DNA from: Thermodesulfobacteriota bacterium
GTDB lineage: Bacteria; Desulfobacterota; Desulfobacteria; Desulfobacterales; SURF-7
DNA length: 64,000 nt
NCBI GenBank assembly: GCA_049320885.1
Contig: JBMORA010000018.1
Coordinates: 64,001 to 128,000 of the forward strand
Reading direction: 5' to 3'
Shown: positions 46,849 through 56,683 of the stretch, one piece after another
Layout of the letters: the number at the start of each line of letters is the position of its first letter
Numbering within the stretch: position 1 is the first letter of the stretch
Notes under the pieces: model-generated
What the model was told of the DNA's origin: nothing
Databases searched by the model: none
The model's input: the letters and a program-made list of their open reading frames with translations, nothing else
Position numbers and translations under genes: made by a program

Positions 46849-48274
46849 GTTTTTGATAATCCGCCGCCTTGCGAACCAGGGCCTCCGCCCAGCCGGAAGT
46901 TCCCGCGGCATGCAGGTGGGTATAACTGGCCAGCACGTTCAGCCGGCAGATGCCGTCTCGATGGTTTTGAAAACCGGTGCCTCGCTTGGTTGAAAACACC
47001 ATGTCCTCATCCCGTCCGCACCACTCCTTCACCGTGGAGTAGCGGAATTCATGCCCCCGGATTTCCGTCCCCATTTCGAAATAGGGATTGGGCCGGTCCA
47101 CAACGGAAACGGTATATCCATGCCCCTGGGGCTTTTGGGACAGGCCGAACACGATGGGCAGGACACCGGTCATTTCATACGAACGTCCGCCGACAACGAT
47201 CCGTTCCCCCAGATACATCAGGCCGCCGCATTCCGCATAAACGGGCAGTCCCGCCGCGGCTCCGTCTTTAACAGCCGCCCGGAAACGGATATTTTTCTCC
47301 AGCGCTTCCGCATGGGTTTCCGGGAAACCGCCGCCGATATACAGGGCATCCACTTCCGGAAGGTGATCCTGGGCAAGCGGGCTGATAAAAAGCAGCTCGG
47401 CGCCGGCCGCCTCCAATGCCTCGATGTTGTCCGGGTAATAAAACTGGAACGCGGAGTCTTTCACCACACCTATGATGGGTTTGTTCGGGTCCGCTGCTGC
47501 CGCATCCGTTCGGTCGACAGTTTCCCGCCAGGCTTCGGACTGCCCGCCGATCATCCGCCCGGTTGAGCCGGACGCCGCGATCTGATACAGTTTTTCCAGA
47601 TCCACATGGCTGCCCACCAGGTCCGCTGCGATACGGATGGCCGAAAGAGCCCAGGCATGTTCTTGGGTCGGCAGCAGGCCCATATGACGTTCCGGAAAAT
47701 CCTGCTGCCGCACCTTGGGCAAGGCGCCGATCACCGGAATGCCGCAATAGTGTTCGATGCTTCGGCGCAATATCGATTCATGCCGGGCGCCGGCTACTCG
47801 GTTCAGGATAACGGCTACTATCCGCACATCCGTGTCGAAACGCCGGCATCCGTCCACCACGGCGGCCATGGTGCGGGTGCTCTTGGTACCGTCGATGCAC
47901 AGCACCACCGGCAGGCCGATGAGTTTGGCGATTTCGGCCGTACTGGTGCATCCCTCGATATCAATGCCGTCATAGAGTCCGCGATTGCCTTCCACCACGG
48001 CGATATCCGCCGCGGCGCTGTGCCGTCTATAGGAGTGTACCACATAGGAGGGGGGAGTCAGGAACAGATCCAGATTGTAGCAAGGGCGGTCCGCCGCCAG
48101 GGCGAGCCACCCTGCATCAATATAATCCGGACCTTTTTTAAAAGGAACAACTATGCGCCCGTCGCGGCGAAGCGCCGCAACCAGGCCGATGGAAAGCAGG
48201 GTCTTGCCCGCCCCGCCCCGAAGGGCTGAAATAACAACACCGGGACTCCCCGTTTCTTTCCGCCAGGCATTCAT
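46820..48274 (-). CDS. dsrN: Cobyrinate a,c-diamide synthase-like siroheme amidase DsrN
   Basis: GGAGKT, FKKGPDYID, EGNRGLYDG, PERHMGL, AFQFYYP, YAECGGLMYL, GHEFRY, YTHLH; directly after dsrD. Confidence 0.9.
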   Translation of the reverse strand: MNAWRKETGSPGVVISALRGGAGKTLLSIGLVAALRRDGRIVVPFKKGPDYIDAGWLALAADRPCYNLDLFLTPPSYVVHSYRRHSAAADIAVVEGNRGLYDGIDIEGCTSTAEIAKLIGLPVVLCIDGTKSTRTMAAVVDGCRRFDTDVRIVAVILNRVAGARHESILRRSIEHYCGIPVIGALPKVRQQDFPERHMGLLPTQEHAWALSAIRIAADLVGSHVDLEKLYQIAASGSTGRMIGGQSEAWRETVDRTDAAAADPNKPIIGVVKDSAFQFYYPDNIEALEAAGAELLFISPLAQDHLPEVDALYIGGGFPETHAEALEKNIRFRAAVKDGAAAGLPVYAECGGLMYLGERIVVGGRSYEMTGVLPIVFGLSQKPQGHGYTVSVVDRPNPYFEMGTEIRGHEFRYSTVKEWCGRDEDMVFSTKRGTGFQNHRDGICRLNVLASYTHLHAAGTSGWAEALVRKAADYQKQKKATIPSE

Positions 48275-48311
48275 CCGATTGTAATCAAATCCGAATAACC
48301 GTCGCTTCGGA

Positions 48312-48554
48312 CTATTCTTCGTCTTCCGCCGCAGCCTGCTTGCCGGTGCCTTTCAATCCTATCATCGTGGTGCTGCCGCTCGACCAGTACTCCAGGATTC
48401 CTTCCGCCACCATGTCATTTACCAGGTTTTTCACCGTACGCGGTTTTTCTTCCGGAAGAAAGGAATAAAAATCCTTCAGATAGAATTTGCTTTTGGATTT
48501 GGCTTTCTTTTCCAGATTTTCGACGATGGTTTTTTTTGCAGCTTCGATATCCAT
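48312..48554 (-). CDS. dsrD: Dissimilatory sulfite reductase D protein
   Basis: KSKFYLKDF, LEYWSSGST motif; AAGGA RBS before ATG 48554; 80 aa. Confidence 0.95.
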   Translation of the reverse strand: MDIEAAKKTIVENLEKKAKSKSKFYLKDFYSFLPEEKPRTVKNLVNDMVAEGILEYWSSGSTTMIGLKGTGKQAAAEDEE

Positions 48555-48580
48555 ATCCGGTTCCTTTTCATGAAAGTGAA

Positions 48581-48612
48581 TCCGGGACGGAGTACAAGGC
48601 ATCCGTCCCGGA
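48581..48612. other. Perfect 11-bp GC-rich hairpin between dsrB and dsrD
   Basis: TCCGGGACGGA-GTACAAGGCA-TCCGTCCCGGA. Confidence 0.7.
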
Positions 48613-48635
48613 AGCAAATTGGCGCAAAAATTCTA

Positions 48636-49781
48636 TTAGAACTTGAATTGCGTCGTCTGTCGCCAGGTGTAGTAAGCCGGATCACGGAAATCATCGATCA
48701 GATGATGCGTGAATTCGAGCTCGCATTTTTCGAAGAACCGTTCCCACCCGATCCGCTCGGCCCATTCACCCAGACGTTCATATTTCCGGGCATCGGCGGC
48801 ATAGGTGTCAACGATCCGTTTGATGGTGCTCGTGGTTTTCGGCCATCTCGGGGCTTCGTTGGGAATGAAGGCCACGACGACTTTGGAAAACTTCGGCGTG
48901 CTGATGCGGTTGGAAACCTTGCCGCCCACCATCAACACGATACCATCACCCTCGGTATCCGCCAACGGCATGGACGGACACATGGTGTAGCAGTTGCCGC
49001 AGAACATGCAGCGTTCGTTGTTCACGGCCACGGAGTTGAGTTTCTGACCGTTGAAATCGATCTTGGCCGGTTTGATGGCCGCGGTGGGGCAGGCGGCGAT
49101 GGCCAGGGGGATTTCGCACAATTTGTCGAGATATTCGTGATCCAGCAACGGCGGTTTGCGGTGATACCCCAGAATGGCGATATCGGAGCAATGCACCGCG
49201 CCGCACATGTTCAGGCAGCAGGCCAGAGAAACGCGAACGTGGGCCGGCATGCGCATGTTTTTAAAATCATCAAACAGCGCATCCATGGCCGCCTTGACCG
49301 GACCGGAGGCATCCGTGGCCGGAGTATGGCAATGAATCCAGCCCTGGGTATGGACGATATTGGTGATGCCGGCGCCGGTGCCGCCGATGGGGAATTTAAA
49401 GCTGCCGGCGGCGAACTTACGGCTTTCCAAATCTTTTTTCAACGGCTCGACTTTCGCCTTGCTGTCCACCATGAATTCGATGTTGTTGCGGGTGGTGAAG
49501 CGCACATGACCGCCGCAATGTTTATCGGCGATATCACAGATTTCACGGATATGGCTAACGCTCATCAGACGGGCGCCGCCGACTCTCACCGTGTAGACTT
49601 CATCGCCGGATTCGGATACATGGACCAGAACGCCGGGTTCCAGGATTTCATGATACAGCCATTTGCCTTTGTTCTTGGCAATCACGGGCGGATAAAATTC
49701 ATTGTAATCTCTCGGACCGATGTCGGTGATCCGGTCTTTCATGGGTTCTTTTGGGTCATACCCGGAAGATATAAAAGCCAT
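48636..49781 (-). CDS. dsrB: Dissimilatory sulfite reductase beta subunit
   Basis: [52 protein letters not shown]. Confidence 0.98.
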   Translation of the reverse strand: MAFISSGYDPKEPMKDRITDIGPRDYNEFYPPVIAKNKGKWLYHEILEPGVLVHVSESGDEVYTVRVGGARLMSVSHIREICDIADKHCGGHVRFTTRNNIEFMVDSKAKVEPLKKDLESRKFAAGSFKFPIGGTGAGITNIVHTQGWIHCHTPATDASGPVKAAMDALFDDFKNMRMPAHVRVSLACCLNMCGAVHCSDIAILGYHRKPPLLDHEYLDKLCEIPLAIAACPTAAIKPAKIDFNGQKLNSVAVNNERCMFCGNCYTMCPSMPLADTEGDGIVLMVGGKVSNRISTPKFSKVVVAFIPNEAPRWPKTTSTIKRIVDTYAADARKYERLGEWAERIGWERFFEKCELEFTHHLIDDFRDPAYYTWRQTTQFKF

Positions 49782-49796
49782 ATTCTCTACCCCCTA

Positions 49797-51110
49797 TTAT
49801 CTCAGATGGTGTTTTCTGAATTCATTGATATCGCGCTCCCATCCGCCTGCAACCTCTTCTTCTTTCCAGAAGATGTACGGATTGTGGCGCGGTTCCTGGA
49901 CATGCTGCGGCATCGGTTTGATGTTGGTCGCCTCCAGCATTTTCTGGAAGCCCTGGCGTTTGATCAATTCACCGAGGCGTTCGCGGTTCTTGCCTTCTTC
50001 CATCCACCAATCCCAGATGGCTTCGATGACTTCGGTGATTTCCTCATACGGTTCTTCCACCGGCACGAAGGGCACCAGCAGGGAACCCATCTGGGCACCG
50101 TCCAGAATGGGGGCTTTGGCGCCGACCAGGATGGACAGACCGCGTTCATCGCCGATTCTCAGAGCCCGGGGCATGACATTGATGCAGTGCATGCAGCGGT
50201 TGCATTCCCGGTTGTTGATGCTCAGTTTGCCGCCCTCGTACTTCATGCATTCGGTGGGGCAGAGGGCAATCACTTCCTTTTGAATGTCGAACGGACCCCA
50301 ATTGCGGCCGGAATGGGCACCGGCGTTGGGAACGAATTCGCCACCGACATAGGCCTTGACCGCCGCTTGATCAATTTTGATGTCGTCCTTCCAGGTACCG
50401 ATGAAGGACATGTCGGCCCGGGCAATGGAGGCTACGCAGCAATTGGGGCAGCCGTCCAGTTTGAACTTGAATTTATAGGGAAACGCCGGACGATGCAATT
50501 CGTCCTGATATTGGTTGGTGAGGAAATGGCAAAGCGCCTGGGTGTCGTAGCAGGCATACTCACAGCGGGCTTGGCCGATACAATCGGACGGTGTCCGCAG
50601 GTTGGACCCGGAGCCGCCCAGGTCCTGGTTCATATTGTGGGTCAGTTCATAAAAGATTTCTTCCAATTGCGGGGTCTGGGTTCCCAGCAGAATGATATCG
50701 CCGGTGGACCCGTGCATATTGGTCAATCCGCTGCCGCGCAAATCCCACAAATCGCAGAGCTGCCGCAGATAGTCGGTTTTATAGAATTTACCGGCGGGCT
50801 GATTCACACGGATGGTATGAAAATGGGCCACGCCCGGAAACATCTCCGGTTGATCGCAGTAACGCCCGATAACGCCGCCGCCGTAACCGAAAACGCCCAC
50901 GATGCCGCCGTGTTTCCAGTGGGTCCGGCCATGTTTGAAGGAAAGTTCCAGAACGCCCAGAACATCATCGCAGACATCTTGGGGAATCTGGTAATTAACC
51001 TTTTTCTCGTTCTTGGCCCGCACTTCCGCATGCTGCTTGATGTCGGACACGAAGCTCGGCCACGGCCCAGATTCCAGTTGGTCCAACAAAGGAGTCTTGT
51101 GTTTTGCCAT
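49797..51110 (-). CDS. dsrA: Dissimilatory sulfite reductase alpha subunit
   Basis: TPLLDQLESGPWPSFV, THWKHGGIVGVFGYGGGVIGRY, CIGQARC, GCPNCC, CNRCMHCIN. Confidence 0.98.
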   Translation of the reverse strand: MAKHKTPLLDQLESGPWPSFVSDIKQHAEVRAKNEKKVNYQIPQDVCDDVLGVLELSFKHGRTHWKHGGIVGVFGYGGGVIGRYCDQPEMFPGVAHFHTIRVNQPAGKFYKTDYLRQLCDLWDLRGSGLTNMHGSTGDIILLGTQTPQLEEIFYELTHNMNQDLGGSGSNLRTPSDCIGQARCEYACYDTQALCHFLTNQYQDELHRPAFPYKFKFKLDGCPNCCVASIARADMSFIGTWKDDIKIDQAAVKAYVGGEFVPNAGAHSGRNWGPFDIQKEVIALCPTECMKYEGGKLSINNRECNRCMHCINVMPRALRIGDERGLSILVGAKAPILDGAQMGSLLVPFVPVEEPYEEITEVIEAIWDWWMEEGKNRERLGELIKRQGFQKMLEATNIKPMPQHVQEPRHNPYIFWKEEEVAGGWERDINEFRKHHLR

Positions 51111-51258
51111 TGTTTACCTCCATTAGATAAAAAGTAACCGACCTGTCGCTGCCCTGGCAGGGCGATCCAGGCCACCTCCACTCATTATTACCGTATCGTT
51201 AATGATCTGTCTGTATCGATAACCAAATTCAATCAATATATTGAGAATCAAAGTTGAG

Positions 51259-51287
51259 ACTATAGAAGCAAAGAATTTGTTTGTCAA
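51259..51287 (-). promoter_or_regulatory. Putative sigma70 promoter of dsrABDN
   Basis: Minus strand TTGACA-17 nt-TATAGT, about 150 bp upstream of dsrA. Confidence 0.75.
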
Positions 51288-51394
51288 TAAAAAAGCCCGG
51301 CCTGAACTTGTTTGGTATTAGGTTGGCGTCCCATGCCGTCAAACGCCTTATATGGTACGTATTTTCGTATGCACGCGGCATCTTTTCATCAGGA

Positions 51395-52558
51395 TCACGA
51401 CCGCCAATGACTCATGGCGGCCCGCAATCCTTCCGCGTGTTGTTTCAGGTTCTGGCGGATAATCGGCAGCTCCGGAGATTCCGCTGGATAAGTATCAAGG
51501 ATGAAATGGAACAGTTCCAGCAGTTCCCCGCTGGAAAAGGAATGAAAATACCCGGTCCAGCTTTGATGGATAGACGTACTGATCCCGCCCATTGGAGCCG
51601 GTTTGGTATCCAACCCTTCCAAAAAACCGTTGACAATCCCCGGAAGAATATATTCCCCGATCCATACCGAGTCGCCGATCCCGTCCAGCCGATCCAGGCG
51701 CATACGGATCGACAGATTCAGGAAAAACAACAGCAGCCCGTTGAGCATCATTACCGAATCGGTTCCTGCCGACTCCAACATGGAGGCATATTGCCGCACG
51801 GTCACCAGACGCACGTGCACATCCCCCCCTGTGATCCTCAGAACAAAATCACCGGCGGCATGATGCCATGGAAAGATCTGCCGGCCCGTCGCAAGCTCAT
51901 AATAATAGGTCAAAATCCGGCTGGCCAGGCGGTACACGTCCCGTGCCTGATCATTGGACAAGCAGCGGCGACCGTTTTCCGTATCCCACACCGCCACCGC
52001 CTGCCCGCCGTCAGGCGTCGCCGTCACATGGAATTCATGGTATCCCGCAAGCCATTCACCCACGAACATGGAGGCCGTGCGGCCCTTGCCGATGGCAACC
52101 TCGCCGTAATCATAAGCCCGGGGGACATAAGGCTCCCCAAAGGATTCCCGCAGCTGTTTCAGGCAGCGATATTCCCCTTGGATCACCCGACGGCCGGCTT
52201 TTGAAAGCGCCACGTTGACCACAAAGCAATCGGTGCGGCCCCGGGCCTGCACCTCAAGTCTGGCCGGATGATAGAACGGACCATGTTTTTCCATGAAAAT
52301 TCGAACCCGCTCCAACTCCCCGGGGAAAGGCCCATCACCGCCGGCTGGCCCAAGAGCCTTACGCAGACAAAGGAAATCGTCGGCGGATACAAACTGCTCC
52401 AGGGCCGCGAAGTATTCGCCGCAACGGAAACCGTTATCCGCCATGGATCGCGCTGCCTGCCGGTTCATTGGCAGGTATTCGTTCCAAATCGGATCCCCTG
52501 GGCCGACGGGTTCCGGATCGCTAGCAACATGGAAAAAAATCCGGGGGGGAGGAGACAT
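51395..52558 (-). CDS. Hypothetical protein with possible degenerate protein-kinase-like fold
   Basis: Long ORF; ATG 52558 lies 7 bp after the TPR gene stop. Kinase-like order of motifs: EYRCLKQL, VPRAYDYG, FVGEWLAGY, WHHAAGDFV. Confidence 0.65.
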   Translation of the reverse strand: MSPPPRIFFHVASDPEPVGPGDPIWNEYLPMNRQAARSMADNGFRCGEYFAALEQFVSADDFLCLRKALGPAGGDGPFPGELERVRIFMEKHGPFYHPARLEVQARGRTDCFVVNVALSKAGRRVIQGEYRCLKQLRESFGEPYVPRAYDYGEVAIGKGRTASMFVGEWLAGYHEFHVTATPDGGQAVAVWDTENGRRCLSNDQARDVYRLASRILTYYYELATGRQIFPWHHAAGDFVLRITGGDVHVRLVTVRQYASMLESAGTDSVMMLNGLLLFFLNLSIRMRLDRLDGIGDSVWIGEYILPGIVNGFLEGLDTKPAPMGGISTSIHQSWTGYFHSFSSGELLELFHFILDTYPAESPELPIIRQNLKQHAEGLRAAMSHWRS

Positions 52559-52565
52559 GTAAAAT

Positions 52566-53186
52566 CTACCGAAAAGACTCGATTTCTTTGAGAATCTCGT
52601 TGGATACCGGATAACCGAGCTCCCGGGCCTTGTCCGCATGCCGGACGGCTTCTTCGGTCATCCCTTTTTCAAGATAAGCAATGGCCAGGTTGTTATGGGC
52701 CACGGCGAATTCCGGTTCGATTTCAATTGCCTTCAGATTGGCTTCAATGCTTTCATCCACCAACCCGCTCATCAGATAGGCGTTGGCGAGAGTGGCATAA
52801 GCCTGCAAAAAATTCCGGTTGAAACGGATCGCCTTTTGCAGCGCCTTGATGGCCTCGTCGACTTCGCCGCGCTGCAGATGCACAAACCCGATGTTGCCGT
52901 ATCCCTCTGCAAAACCGGCCCGGGAATTGACCGCCTGCCGATTGTATTTCAGACAACCGTCCAGATCGCCGCGATGAAGACGGATACCGCCCAATTGAAC
53001 ATAGGCTTCCGCCAGCGTCGGGCTGCAGGAGACCGCCTCCAGAAATTCTTTTTCCGCCTCATCGATCCGGTTCACGCCCAGAAGGGCAACCCCCAGATTG
53101 TAATGGGAGGTGCCGCATTCCGGATTCATGGCAGTGGCCTGACGGCTTTTGGCGATGTATTCTTCCGCGTTTTTCGCTTTTTCCAT
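52566..53186 (-). CDS. TPR repeat protein
   Basis: About 5 canonical TPRs (HYNLGVAL, AYVQLG, YGNIGFV, AHNNLAIAY); start ATG 53186. Confidence 0.9.
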   Translation of the reverse strand: MEKAKNAEEYIAKSRQATAMNPECGTSHYNLGVALLGVNRIDEAEKEFLEAVSCSPTLAEAYVQLGGIRLHRGDLDGCLKYNRQAVNSRAGFAEGYGNIGFVHLQRGEVDEAIKALQKAIRFNRNFLQAYATLANAYLMSGLVDESIEANLKAIEIEPEFAVAHNNLAIAYLEKGMTEEAVRHADKARELGYPVSNEILKEIESFR

Positions 53187-53946
53187 TTTCCATACCCTTC
53201 CTGAATACGTTTTCTCAAATTCGGTACCGCTATATCGGAAACCCTTCCAATGCACAAACATTTTTCTGCCGAGACCGGGTCGGAGTGCTCTCAACATTAT
53301 ATTTGGACTTTTATTTTCATCCAGTTATCGAATGCATGAACCGGCCAGGGCCGATCCATCACTCCATCCCCATCGACTCCAAGGCGGTTTCAACCAGGGA
53401 GATATTCTGCAAACGCTGCCATTGATCGACGACAACGCCTTCCGGATTGATCACCGCTACCAGCGGCAGGGCGAAGGATTTTTCGACCCGGATGCCCACG
53501 GGTTTCATGGCGGCTTTCAGTTTGCCCGAAGGCCATGGCTCCACCCAGTAGCAGGAAAAGGACGAATGGTGGTCCGCACCCGTTTGATCTGACTGAGTAA
53601 AAATTGATATTGTCTGCCGGCTTGCATATATTAATCAGGTATTGTGATAATTTTCAAGAACACCCTTGGGGCCGGACCGAAAAATAGAATCCGGACCAGA
53701 CCAGGCTTTCAACATGATTTCCCGAAACACCATGAGGCGGTTCCCATAAATATTATCTTTTTTTTTGCAACAGGATATGGTATCGTATATCTAATTTAAA
53801 ATCAGGCTTTTGAGAATCCATAAAGGCCGCCGTTCCAGAGGCGATGGATCGTATCACCCTGTTTTCGATATCCTCTACCCAAAACCGACGCATTCCCAGA
53901 GAAATCGTGCTGATCCATAAATAATCCAACCACCCGGGGAAGACCG

Positions 53947-56619
53947 ATGACAGCAATATCCGATTCAACCGCAAAACCCGGCGAGCAGGCATCCGGCAAA
54001 CCTCCCTTGCGGCTGGGTGATCTTCTGGTCAAGGAGGGCTATGTCACCCAGAATGCCATCGAGGAGGCCCTGCAGATCCAGAAGGAGGAAAAAGCGCTCA
54101 CCAGTATTCCCCTCGGGAAAATCCTGGTCAACATGGGGGTGCTATCCGCGGATGATCTGGAATCCGCCCTGCAGCATCCCAAATTGCGAAAAAATATCGG
54201 CTCCATCGCGGTGGAAATGGGGTTGGTGAAAAAAGAAGATCTCGAATTTTGCCTGATGAATAAAAAAAAGGGCCAGCTTACCGGCGAGGCCCTGGTGGAA
54301 TACGGTTTTTTAACCAACGAAGACGTCCATGAACTCCTCAAGGCCCAGATCAATTCCCTGAAACTCGGCGAGCTCTTGATTGAACAACGTCTGATCGCCG
54401 ACAAGGACCTCCAGGACGCCCTGCGCGCCCAGAAATCCCCTAGAGCCCTCGGGGAAATTTTATGTGACATGGGCCGGATAAAGCCGGAAGAGCTGAATCT
54501 CGTTCTGGAAAAATACAACAAGCAGGTCGAAATCGACGAGATCCTGATCCGAATGGGGTTCATCACCAAGGACAAGGTCGAGATCGCCAGAAAAGAACAA
54601 CGCAACACCAAGGAACCCTTCGAACAGATCCTCCTGAAAAAAAAATACATCAATGCGGAGCAGCTCCAGTGCGCATTGGCGAAAAAGCACAACATTCCCT
54701 TCGAACGGCTGGCTGATTTCACCTATGAAGAACTGGACAGGCAGACACTTTCCTATCTGATCAGTCGAAAATACGCGGAAAAACATTTCCTTCTCCCGGT
54801 TTACAAGACCCAGGACAAGCTGACCGTCGCCATTCATAATCCGTCCCATATCCAGAATATAACCGAATTGAAACGGCTGTATTCCAACCTGCGGGTGGAG
54901 TGCATCCTGATTACCGAAGCCAAATTCGAGGAACTCTTTGAAATCCTTTACAGCAAAAGCATCCTGAGCCCAGGTGCCGGGATGGGCGAAGAGAAAGTCG
55001 AAAATGAAATCGATTTTCTGGAAATTGATCTGGATGAAGATTTCAGCGAGGGCCAGCAAAAAGGACCGAACCATGCAAATAAAGACGTTGAAGCCGAAGA
55101 AATTGTCAACTTCATCGTCAAATACGGGATTCTGAACGATGCCAGTGATATTCATTTGGAGCAGGACCGGGAGGGGGCCCGGTTGCGTTACCGCATTGAC
55201 GGAATCCTGCAGGAATCCGATATCCGCTGGCTGGGAAAGAAACTTCCGGAAAAAATCAATGCCATCATCTCCCGGGTGAAGGTGATGTCGAATCTTGATA
55301 TTTCCGAAAAACGCCTGCCCCAGGACGGCGTGTTCCGCATCAATTATTTCGACAAGGCCCGGAACAGCCATTTTGACCTGGATTTCCGGGTGGCGACCTG
55401 CCGGGCCCTCGCCGGTGAAAACCTGACCATCCGAATTCTAGATTCCCGCAAGGCGAATGTGGAGCTGGAAAATCTGGGGCATTCGGCCCATGTTATCGAA
55501 CCGTTCAAACGGCTGCTGAAAAGCTCGGCGGGCATGATCCTGCTGACGGGCCCCACCGGGAGCGGAAAAACCTCCACGCTTTACGGCGCTTTGAGACAGG
55601 TGCACAACCCGGGTGTCAAGATCATCACCGCCGAGGACCCCATCGAATACAGCTTTCCCGGTGTCATGCAAACCCAGATTCAATCCAAGATCGGCCTGAC
55701 GTTTTCCCGTCTGCTCCGGTCGTTCCTGCGTTTCGATCCGGACGTGATTCTGGTGGGAGAAATCAGGGACAACGAAACCGCCGCCATTGCCTTCGACGCG
55801 GCCCAAACCGGACATCTGCTGCTAAGCACCCTACATACCAACGATTCCATTTCCGCCATCCAACGGCTGGCGGATCTGGGGGTGGAAAACACACAAATCG
55901 CCTCCTGTGTTCTCTGCGTGCTGGCCCAAAGGCTGGTCCGGCGCATCTGCCCCTTCTGCAAAAAGGAATACGTCCCGGAGGAAGATGAATGGGGGCTTCT
56001 GTTTGACACATACCCATCCCATTTGAATTTTTTCCGCGGCGAAGGCTGCAAGTCGTGTAATTACAGCGGCTATAAAGGCAGAATTTTGCTATCCGAGATA
56101 TTCATCATCGATAAGGAGATGGGAACCGGGATCATTAAAGGCCTCAATGACATCCAGATCAAAAAAATGGCCATCGAGGCGGGCATGAAGTCCATGCTGG
56201 AGGACGGCCTGATGAAGCTGAAGGAGACCACTCTGTATGAAATCCTGCGCACCATCCCCCATGATATGATCGAAACCTTCCGGTTCCGGAAGTCGTTCCA
56301 GGAGAAAACAACCGATTTTATCGATCAGCTTTTCGCGAACACGTCGGAAAGCGCCCTGCTGAAAGTCACCACGGAAAGCTTTTCCCTTTCCAACCCGGAG
56401 ACCGATGGTCGCGTGATCGAACAAATGTATGAAAAATACAACTTGCTGAGTTCCCTTGACGGCATCAAACCCCTGGCGGCGGACCTTGCGGTTTTCAGGG
56501 ATTTTGTAACGGAAAACTATTATGAAATATGCGGAAGATACGGATGCAGCCGGGTGACGTTTACGATACAAACCAAAGGAGACCGGATCGACTTTTCCGC
56601 GACGCCGGAACGGTCATAA
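53947..56619 (+). CDS. GspE/PilB-family secretion ATPase with tandem MshEN repeats and C-terminal extension
   Basis: About 8 xLGxxL(V/I)xxGx(I/V/L) units, ASDIHLE, EKRLPQDG, GPTGSGKT, TAEDPIEY, RFDPDVILVGEIRD, STLHTND, CPFC/CKSC, and about 110 extra C-terminal residues. Confidence 0.92.
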   Translation: MTAISDSTAKPGEQASGKPPLRLGDLLVKEGYVTQNAIEEALQIQKEEKALTSIPLGKILVNMGVLSADDLESALQHPKLRKNIGSIAVEMGLVKKEDLEFCLMNKKKGQLTGEALVEYGFLTNEDVHELLKAQINSLKLGELLIEQRLIADKDLQDALRAQKSPRALGEILCDMGRIKPEELNLVLEKYNKQVEIDEILIRMGFITKDKVEIARKEQRNTKEPFEQILLKKKYINAEQLQCALAKKHNIPFERLADFTYEELDRQTLSYLISRKYAEKHFLLPVYKTQDKLTVAIHNPSHIQNITELKRLYSNLRVECILITEAKFEELFEILYSKSILSPGAGMGEEKVENEIDFLEIDLDEDFSEGQQKGPNHANKDVEAEEIVNFIVKYGILNDASDIHLEQDREGARLRYRIDGILQESDIRWLGKKLPEKINAIISRVKVMSNLDISEKRLPQDGVFRINYFDKARNSHFDLDFRVATCRALAGENLTIRILDSRKANVELENLGHSAHVIEPFKRLLKSSAGMILLTGPTGSGKTSTLYGALRQVHNPGVKIITAEDPIEYSFPGVMQTQIQSKIGLTFSRLLRSFLRFDPDVILVGEIRDNETAAIAFDAAQTGHLLLSTLHTNDSISAIQRLADLGVENTQIASCVLCVLAQRLVRRICPFCKKEYVPEEDEWGLLFDTYPSHLNFFRGEGCKSCNYSGYKGRILLSEIFIIDKEMGTGIIKGLNDIQIKKMAIEAGMKSMLEDGLMKLKETTLYEILRTIPHDMIETFRFRKSFQEKTTDFIDQLFANTSESALLKVTTESFSLSNPETDGRVIEQMYEKYNLLSSLDGIKPLAADLAVFRDFVTENYYEICGRYGCSRVTFTIQTKGDRIDFSATPERS

Positions 56620-56683
56620 ACCGGCGGTTCCTGATGACCACTATTACCCGGAAGCATCGATCCGATCCGAAAAAAAAGGTGCC

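Noticed and set aside
46820..51110. Absence of dsrC and dsrMKJOP
   Set aside because: These genes are normally at separate loci in Desulfobacterota, so dsrABDN alone is the usual arrangement.
48570..51137. 855-aa plus-strand ORF
   Set aside because: Antisense shadow of the strongly codon-biased dsrA/dsrB genes.
53642..53659. Rex-like box TTGTGATAATTTTCAAGA
   Set aside because: Three mismatches to the consensus in an AT-rich region and no clear target gene.
53732..53748. Third copy of the activator motif (ATGAGGCGGTTCCCATA) upstream of the MshEN ATPase
   Set aside because: Only 12/17 match to the 21432 box and no -24/-12 promoter seen nearby; worth a PWM scan but not supportable by eye.
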